Below, piece by piece: positions 57,761-64,000 of a DNA stretch of 64,000 bases. The DNA comes from Polyangiaceae bacterium (GTDB lineage Bacteria; Myxococcota_A; Polyangia; Polyangiales; Polyangiaceae). Both the position numbers and the translations under genes were made by a program. Position 1 is the first letter of the stretch; every line of letters begins with the position of its first letter. The stretch is from assembly GCA_050287085.1 (NCBI GenBank), contig JBNKBE010000001.1:128001-192000 (forward strand), read 5' to 3'. The notes under the pieces are model-generated. The model did no database searches and was not told where the DNA came from. It saw only the letters and a program-made list of their open reading frames with translations.

Positions 57761-58774
57761 ATGCGACTGCTCATCGAAACCCACCACCCGGCGCATATTC
57801 ACTTCTTCAAACACGCCGTGCGTCATTTTAGAGCGCAGGGAGCTGAGGTGCTGCTCCTAGGCCGGGATCGCGATGTGATGCAACGTCTACTTGCCAGCTA
57901 CGATGACCTCCCGAGTCGCATCATCACACAAGCGGGCAAGAACAACACGTTTCCTTTGCAGGAGATGGTGCAACGACAATGGCAGGTGGCTCGGACGATT
58001 CGTGAATTCGAACCGGACGCCGTGCTCAGTCTGATGGGCAGCTACTCGCAGAGCGCACGCATGCTCGGAGTGCCCAACATCGTCTTCACGGACAGCGAGT
58101 TCCAGCACTTCAATCACCGCATCGCGCATCCTTTTGCGACCCGCATCTACACTCCGGAGTGTTTCTACAAGCCGCTGGGCCCAAAACAGCGGACCTATCG
58201 TGGGTATCATGAGCTCGCGTTTCTCCATCCAAAGCGCTTTCGGCCAGACCGGGGTGTGCTCGACCTGCTGGGCGTCGAAGCGGGCCGGTATGTCATCGTC
58301 CGCGTCTCAGCTTGGGACACGCTGCACGACGTAGGAGAGTCCGGCTTCGGCGCCCAATTGGACGAGACCCTCGAAGCGCTGTCCCAGCGCTTCCGGGTGT
58401 TCATTGTGCCGGAACAGGGAAAACTCGCCGCCCGCTGGCGCCCTATGCAGCTAGAACTCCCCCCACATCGCTTCCACGACGCGTTGGCCTTTGCCGCTTT
58501 CGTCGTATCCGAAGGGGCATCGACCGCAGCCGAAGCCGCTTGCCTGGGCGTCCACGCACTCTACCTCAACAGCACCACACGCGGCTACCTCAACGACATG
58601 GCACGCCGCTACGGTCTCGTATCAATCCACCAGCACTCGGACGACGCGCAGCGTCAACTGCGCCGCTGGCTCACTTGCCCCCCAACGGACGGGCAGAAGC
58701 GTGCGCAAGAACTGATCGCAGACCATATCGACGTCACGGATTTCGTAATTCACGAGATCGAGAACCTGGTATGA
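57761..58774 (+). CDS. DUF354 GT-B-fold glycosyltransferase-like protein
   Basis: HHPAHIHFFK, GVPNIVFTDSE, YRGYHELAFLHPKRF.PD, EGAS.AAEAA.LG. Confidence 0.85.
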   Translation: MRLLIETHHPAHIHFFKHAVRHFRAQGAEVLLLGRDRDVMQRLLASYDDLPSRIITQAGKNNTFPLQEMVQRQWQVARTIREFEPDAVLSLMGSYSQSARMLGVPNIVFTDSEFQHFNHRIAHPFATRIYTPECFYKPLGPKQRTYRGYHELAFLHPKRFRPDRGVLDLLGVEAGRYVIVRVSAWDTLHDVGESGFGAQLDETLEALSQRFRVFIVPEQGKLAARWRPMQLELPPHRFHDALAFAAFVVSEGASTAAEAACLGVHALYLNSTTRGYLNDMARRYGLVSIHQHSDDAQRQLRRWLTCPPTDGQKRAQELIADHIDVTDFVIHEIENLV

Positions 58775-58805
58775 GGGCTCACTGACGAGCCTCGAAGGAA
58801 GACCT

Positions 58806-61190
58806 ATGCGATTTGGACGCTTCGACGATGAAGCCAGAGAATACGTAATCGAACGCCCCGACACACCCCGCTCCTGGACCAATTACCTTGGCTCCACGGA
58901 ATACGGCGCGATCATCACCAACAACGCTGGTGGCTTTAGCTTTTACAAGTCATCGGCCCAGGGTCGCTTCACCCGCCTGGTGCTCAACAATGTGCCGATG
59001 GACCAACCAGGTCGCTATCTCTATCTGCGCGACGCCGAAAGCGGGGACTACTGGTCCGCGAGCTGGCAGCCGGTGGGCAAAGCGCTCGAGGAATACGAAA
59101 GTGAGTGTCGACACGGCACCGCGTATACGGTGATCACCAGCCGCTACTCCGAGGTAAGAACTCAAACTACCTATTTCGTGCCGCTGGGTGAGAACTTCGA
59201 GCTCTGGCATCTCACCGTCAAGAACGAAAGCCAACGTCCGCGGAAACTGCGACTCTTCTCGTACGTGGAGTTTTCCGGCGAGTGGAATATCCAGCAAGAC
59301 CTGCTCAACCTGCAGTTCACCCAGTACACGGTAAAAGCAGCCAACGTCGACGGGATTCTGCAGATCGGCGTACTCGATAACGTTCCGCCCGATCCGAACA
59401 ACTTCCAGAATAGGGACCAAGGGCGCCACTCCTTCATGGCGCTCGTGGGAGCTGAAGTCACAGGCTTCGACACCGCGCGCGACACTTTTATCGGCCCGTA
59501 TCGAGGCTATGGCAACCCGACCGTCGTAGAGCGGGGAGAGTGCACTGGCAGCCTGGCACATGGTGACAACGCCTGTGGGTGTGTACAAGCGGATCTATCG
59601 CTATCGCCCGGCGAGGAACGCTCGCTCTGGGTGGTCATGGGGGTTGGCACAGCGGCGAACGAGGGTCGCCGCGCAGTAGCCACGTTCCAAAGCGAAGAGG
59701 CCGTACAGGCCGCTCTAGAATCGCTGAAGGAGCATTGGCATTCCAGACTCGGTCGACTGACGGTGGATACACCTGACGCCGAGTTCAACAGCATGGTCAA
59801 CGTCTGGAACGCCTACAACTGCCTCATCACGTATGCGTGGAGCCGCGCAGCAAGCCTGGTATATGCTGGCGCCCGCGATGGCCTCGGCTACCGGGACACC
59901 GTTCAAGATATCCTCGGGGTGCTTCCGGCCATGGCGGAAGAGGCGGGTACGCGTCTTGAGCTTATGATCACTGGCCAATGCGAGAGCGGAGGTGCATTGC
60001 CGGTCGTCAAACCCTTTGCGCACACGCCGGGTCGCGAAATTGCTCCTGATTCATACCGCTCGGACGACTGCTTGTGGTTGTTCAACACCGTGCCGGCATA
60101 TGTCAAAGAGACAGGTGACATTGCCTTCTACAACAAGGTCCTGCCTTACGCCGATCGTGGCGAGGCAACCGTATTGGGTCACTTGCGGCGTGCACTCGAA
60201 TTCAACCTAGCGCGCTGCGGCCGTCACGGATTGCCTTGTGGCCTGGACGCCGACTGGAACGATTGTTTCCACCTCGGAGAGCTCGGCGAGAGCGTATTTG
60301 TAACCTTCCAGGTCCGCTATGGCCTGAAGGTCTACCAGGAAATCGCAAGCTACCTCGACCGTCCGGAAGAAGTTAGCTGGGCCGGCGAGCGTCTCCGACA
60401 TATTGACCAGCTCATCGAAGAGCACACTTGGGACGGACAATGGTTCGTGCGAGCCTACAAAGACGACGGCGCGGTCTACGGCTCGAGCAAGAACGCCGAG
60501 GGACGCATCTTCCTCAACACGCAGAGTTGGGCGGTGCTGGCAGATGTCGGCTCAAAGACGCAGCGCGAGCTTGCCATGTCCTCAGTAGATGAACACCTAG
60601 CCACCCCCTATGGCGCAGCGATCCTCGACCCCCCCTACCGTACAGAGGATTGCCGCGTGATTCGAGCCATGGTGCTCAACGAAGGCCAGAAGGAAAACGC
60701 CGGCATCTTCTGTCATCCTCAGGGATGGGCGGTGATCGCCAATACTCTACTTGGGCACAACGATCGCGCCTATCGCTACTACCGAGCCTACATGCCCGCG
60801 GCGTACAACGAGCACGCCGAAGTTCGACAAATCGAGCCGTATGTCCACTGCCAGTCGACCCACTCAAAGTACAGCGGTCAATTCGGTGCCAGCCGCCTTC
60901 CCTGGCTCAGCGGCACCGCGTCCTGGAGCTACTTCGCCGCAACGCAGTACATTCTGGGAATTCAGCCCGACTACGACGGCTTGCGCCTAGACCCCTGCCT
61001 GCCCAGCGACTGGAAGACCGTCACTTGTCACCGCCATTTCCGCGGCAAGAACTTCGACATTGCGATCAAGAACGGCAAACAAGGCAAGGGCGTCCGTCGC
61101 TTAGTCGTCAACGGGGAGCTCACTGCGGGCGCGCTCATTCCGGCGACTGCGTTCCGGACGCACAACGTGGTCGAAGTCGAACTCTATTGA
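58806..61190 (+). CDS. GH94 glycoside phosphorylase (chitobiose/cellodextrin phosphorylase-like)
   Basis: FG.FDD..REYVI.RPDTP.SWTNYLG, DYWSASWQPV, GLGYRDTVQD, RSDD.LWL, ADWND, KENAGIFCH, WLSGTASW. Confidence 0.95.
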   Translation: MRFGRFDDEAREYVIERPDTPRSWTNYLGSTEYGAIITNNAGGFSFYKSSAQGRFTRLVLNNVPMDQPGRYLYLRDAESGDYWSASWQPVGKALEEYESECRHGTAYTVITSRYSEVRTQTTYFVPLGENFELWHLTVKNESQRPRKLRLFSYVEFSGEWNIQQDLLNLQFTQYTVKAANVDGILQIGVLDNVPPDPNNFQNRDQGRHSFMALVGAEVTGFDTARDTFIGPYRGYGNPTVVERGECTGSLAHGDNACGCVQADLSLSPGEERSLWVVMGVGTAANEGRRAVATFQSEEAVQAALESLKEHWHSRLGRLTVDTPDAEFNSMVNVWNAYNCLITYAWSRAASLVYAGARDGLGYRDTVQDILGVLPAMAEEAGTRLELMITGQCESGGALPVVKPFAHTPGREIAPDSYRSDDCLWLFNTVPAYVKETGDIAFYNKVLPYADRGEATVLGHLRRALEFNLARCGRHGLPCGLDADWNDCFHLGELGESVFVTFQVRYGLKVYQEIASYLDRPEEVSWAGERLRHIDQLIEEHTWDGQWFVRAYKDDGAVYGSSKNAEGRIFLNTQSWAVLADVGSKTQRELAMSSVDEHLATPYGAAILDPPYRTEDCRVIRAMVLNEGQKENAGIFCHPQGWAVIANTLLGHNDRAYRYYRAYMPAAYNEHAEVRQIEPYVHCQSTHSKYSGQFGASRLPWLSGTASWSYFAATQYILGIQPDYDGLRLDPCLPSDWKTVTCHRHFRGKNFDIAIKNGKQGKGVRRLVVNGELTAGALIPATAFRTHNVVEVELY

Positions 61191-61240
61191 GCTCGGCCCG
61201 CGGAGGCGCTGCGCTCAGCGTCTCCGCGGGAACTTAACGC

Positions 61241-62797
61241 TCATTCGCTAGCTCCTCGGGTCCAGCGCAGCTCCGGCTTGCGCGCAGCCCGGGCCTCGTC
61301 CAGACGGCGTACTCGTGTCTTATGCGGAGCGCTCTTGACGAGCTCGGGCTGGGCATAGGCCTCCGCTTTGATCGCGGCAAGCGCATCCACGAACGAATCC
61401 AGGGTCGCTTTCGTCTCGGTTTCGGTCGGTTCGATCATCAAAGCGCCCCGCACAACCAGGGGGAAATACACCGTGGGAGGATGGTATCCGTAGTCGATGA
61501 GTCGCTTGGCGATGTCCAACGTGCGAACGCCCGTGTCTCGCTCCAAGCTGCGGTCGGTGAACACGGCTTCGTGGAGGTGAGGCACATCGAAACCAAGATC
61601 CAGATGTTCTTTCAAACGTGCCGCGAGGTAGTTGGCATTCAAGACCGCCAGATCGGCGACCCGGCGCAGGCCGTCCGCCCCTAGTTCCCGGATGTAGGTG
61701 TAGGCGCGGACCATCATCCCGAAATTCCCAAAAAATGAATGAACGCGGCCAACGCTCTCGGGTCTATCCGCGTCCAGATAGTACCCACCTTCACCTCGGG
61801 CAATCACGGGACCTGGCTGAAAGGGGGCTAGGGCAGCCTTGAACGCCACGGGTCCAGAACCGGGGCCACCCCCGCCGTGAGGTGTCGTGAAGGTCTTATG
61901 CAGGTTGTACTGCATAACATCCACGCCAACGTCGCCCGGTCGAGCTCGCCCCAAGATGGCGTTCATGTTGGCGCCGTCACCATAGACTAGGCCCCCGCGC
62001 TCATGCACCATCGCCGCAATCTGGGGCATTGCCGTCTCGTACAGACCGAGAGTATTGGGGTTGGTTAGCATTAACCCCGCAACGTCGTCACCCGCGGCCT
62101 CCAGCACGCGCGCCAGCACCTCAGGGTCCACCTTTCCCCCATGGGTTTCAAAGGCCACGGTGGTAAACCCATTCACTGCACAGCTAGCCGGGTTTGTGCC
62201 GTGAGCGCTATCCGGAATGAAGACCTTCTTCGGTGTGCGACCTCTTGCCTGATGATACGCCCTGATCATCATCAGGCCAGTGAGCTCACCCTGTGCACCC
62301 GCTGCCGGCTGAAGAGACACCGCGTCCATACCCGCAACCTCAGCCAGCAGCTCTTGCAGCTCGAACATGAGCTGCAGTGCCCCTTGTACGGTGGCGCTGG
62401 GCGAATACGGATGAAGCTCGGCAAAGCCCGGGAGCGCGGCCGCCCATTCGTTGACCTTGGGGTTGTACTTCATCGTACAAGAACCAAGCGGGAAGAACTG
62501 CGTATCGATCGAGAAGTTCCACTGGCTCAAACGTACGAAGTGGCGCACCACCTCGGGTTCGCTGACCTCCGGAAGGTCCGGTGAAGTGCTCCGAGCCAGT
62601 GCCCCGAGCTGCTTGGCCACGTCGACCGCAGGCACGTCGAGCTCGGGCAACGAAGCCCCGCTACGGCCCGCCACACTGCGCTCGAAGAGAATGGGTTCGA
62701 CGAACTGAAATCCGCTTCTTCCCTGATCGCAAGCAGCAAACACTACGGAATCTGATCCGGACACGTCGCTCATGGGGGCGGTATACACGATCGTCAT
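61241..62797 (-). CDS. gcvPB: Glycine dehydrogenase (decarboxylating) subunit 2
   Basis: PLGSCTMKYNPK, QPAAGAQGE, SAHGTNPAS, LTNPNTLG, NLHKTF.TPHGGGGPG, MIEPTETE. Confidence 0.95.
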   Translation of the reverse strand: MTIVYTAPMSDVSGSDSVVFAACDQGRSGFQFVEPILFERSVAGRSGASLPELDVPAVDVAKQLGALARSTSPDLPEVSEPEVVRHFVRLSQWNFSIDTQFFPLGSCTMKYNPKVNEWAAALPGFAELHPYSPSATVQGALQLMFELQELLAEVAGMDAVSLQPAAGAQGELTGLMMIRAYHQARGRTPKKVFIPDSAHGTNPASCAVNGFTTVAFETHGGKVDPEVLARVLEAAGDDVAGLMLTNPNTLGLYETAMPQIAAMVHERGGLVYGDGANMNAILGRARPGDVGVDVMQYNLHKTFTTPHGGGGPGSGPVAFKAALAPFQPGPVIARGEGGYYLDADRPESVGRVHSFFGNFGMMVRAYTYIRELGADGLRRVADLAVLNANYLAARLKEHLDLGFDVPHLHEAVFTDRSLERDTGVRTLDIAKRLIDYGYHPPTVYFPLVVRGALMIEPTETETKATLDSFVDALAAIKAEAYAQPELVKSAPHKTRVRRLDEARAARKPELRWTRGASE

Positions 62798-62900
62798 GCA
62801 AATCGCCCGCCGAGCGAATTGAACCGGACGCGCGATTCAACGGCGAGGCGGACGCATCAGACACCTCCCCCACGGGGGCCACACGGGCCCGTCCCCGACG

Positions 62901-63593
62901 CTACTCGTCCGAGCTCTGGGCGCCGTCACCGTCGCCCGCGGCATTCTCATCGGCGGCTTCGCCGCTACTCGGCTTGGCACCAGCGGCTGCGTCGCTCGGC
63001 CCCGAGTCCCAGTCCCCACCCTTGACGCTGGTCTGCGTCTCGTCCGGCATTACAGCGTTGAAATCGGGGTCCACATTGCGCTGCTTGACGCAATTCCACG
63101 GGTTGCCGCCCTCATCGTCTCCGAGGCCCCACTCCCCGTGCAGCTCGTGGTCTTGACCATTGCCAGGATCTACGTAGCGAAAGAAGCCCTGCCCTTCGGT
63201 CGTCGCGTTCGGCCCGAACATCCCGATCTTGTGCTCTTTCCACTGAAAACGCAGCACATCTCCATCGGCTTTGCCGTGCAGTTCACCCCACTTGTCGCCC
63301 GCACTGGTTCGCCACTTGCCCGTGACGTTCTCGCCGGTGGCCAGAATGTGGAGGAAGCCGTAGGTCTGATCGTAATAGACCCCCCGCCAACTGCCGTCGG
63401 CTGGCATCGGACCGGGCTTGAGGTCCGCTTTGACAACAGCCGGCGCCTGGGGGCCGCAAGCTGTCGCTGCCACTCCGCTCAGGGAGAGGCCCAGGCCCAA
63501 AAATAGCACTTGCAGGAGCCGCCTCGGTGCGCGGTCAACCGTCCGCATATTGGTGTCCAACTTCATGGCGCCGCAGAGTACCACTTGTCCCAC
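62901..63593 (-). CDS. Hypothetical lipoprotein (beta-strand-rich domain, acidic tail)
   Basis: ATAC lipobox; W.GVYY...G.L, V.G.W, G.L.G...G..L.F.W. True start probably slightly downstream of 63593. Confidence 0.7.
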   Translation of the reverse strand: MGQVVLCGAMKLDTNMRTVDRAPRRLLQVLFLGLGLSLSGVAATACGPQAPAVVKADLKPGPMPADGSWRGVYYDQTYGFLHILATGENVTGKWRTSAGDKWGELHGKADGDVLRFQWKEHKIGMFGPNATTEGQGFFRYVDPGNGQDHELHGEWGLGDDEGGNPWNCVKQRNVDPDFNAVMPDETQTSVKGGDWDSGPSDAAAGAKPSSGEAADENAAGDGDGAQSSDE

Positions 63594-63655
63594 ATCAAAG
63601 AACCTTCATCGCGTGCGGGCCGGACGGCTGGAGAGCCTCCCCGACCGCCCAGAGC

Positions 63656-64000
63656 TCACGCACCCTTCAATCGCCGTCCCAACATGCGACCGCATTCGAA
63701 AGCTTCATCTACGTTGGAGGGCCACCCGATGCGCATTTCCTCGTAGCGCAGTCGTGATCCGTCGGGTTCCGCTAGCATCCCTCGCAACCACAGCTCGTCG
63801 CCGTCTCGTAGCGCATAGGCCCCGACGGGAACCTGGCAGCTGCCGTCGACCGCCAGCATCACCCCCCGCTCTGCGCTCACGACTGTCTCCGTTTCTCGAT
63901 CTTGGACCAGAGCCAAAGACTGACGAATGGTCGCGTCATCCGCCCGCACCTCGATGGCCAACGCGCCCTGCCCCACAGCGGGCAGACACTCTTCGGCGCT
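63656..64000 (-). CDS. hemC: Hydroxymethylbilane synthase, C-terminal part (5' end outside the window)
   Basis: CLPAVGQGALAIEVR, AER, DGSCQVPVGA, PDGS. Confidence 0.92.
   Translation of the reverse strand, partial: SAEECLPAVGQGALAIEVRADDATIRQSLALVQDRETETVVSAERGVMLAVDGSCQVPVGAYALRDGDELWLRGMLAEPDGSRLRYEEMRIGWPSNVDEAFECGRMLGRRLKGA

Noticed and set aside
1..64000. Mobile elements, prophage, toxin-antitoxin or known anti-phage defence genes
   Set aside because: No transposase, integrase, phage structural, Cas, restriction-modification or retron motifs were recognised in any frame.

Overview
GC-rich bacterial chromosomal segment, most consistent with Myxococcota (Polyangiales-like). This taxonomy is inferred from three Hanks-type Ser/Thr kinases, giant Cys-rich lipoproteins, a PEGA/TPR protein and an ECF-FecR cassette. 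About 45 CDSs are present. Housekeeping genes (fabF, pyrD, trpS, map, gloA, gcvPB, partial hemC) are interleaved with accessory cell-surface and signalling genes. No rRNA, tRNA, CRISPR array, transposase or prophage gene was recognised. The best candidates for new biology are: (1) an orphan sigma-54-type promoter at 14495-14510 in an intergenic region, followed by a 15-bp hairpin with a CCUCC-rich anti-Shine-Dalgarno-like loop (candidate sRNA), then 13-bp tandem repeats and a dispersed repeat; (2) a bacterial lipoprotein made almost entirely of about 12 LDL-receptor class A repeats; (3) two parallel 'signal transducer - outer-membrane protein - repeat-rich lipoprotein' cassettes; (4) a stand-alone tandem PARP-type zinc-finger protein; (5) a pentapeptide-repeat/K+-channel gene translationally coupled to an HDOD gene; (6) tethered cytochrome c lipoproteins with non-canonical haem motifs. 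All calls come from reading motifs by eye; no searches were run.
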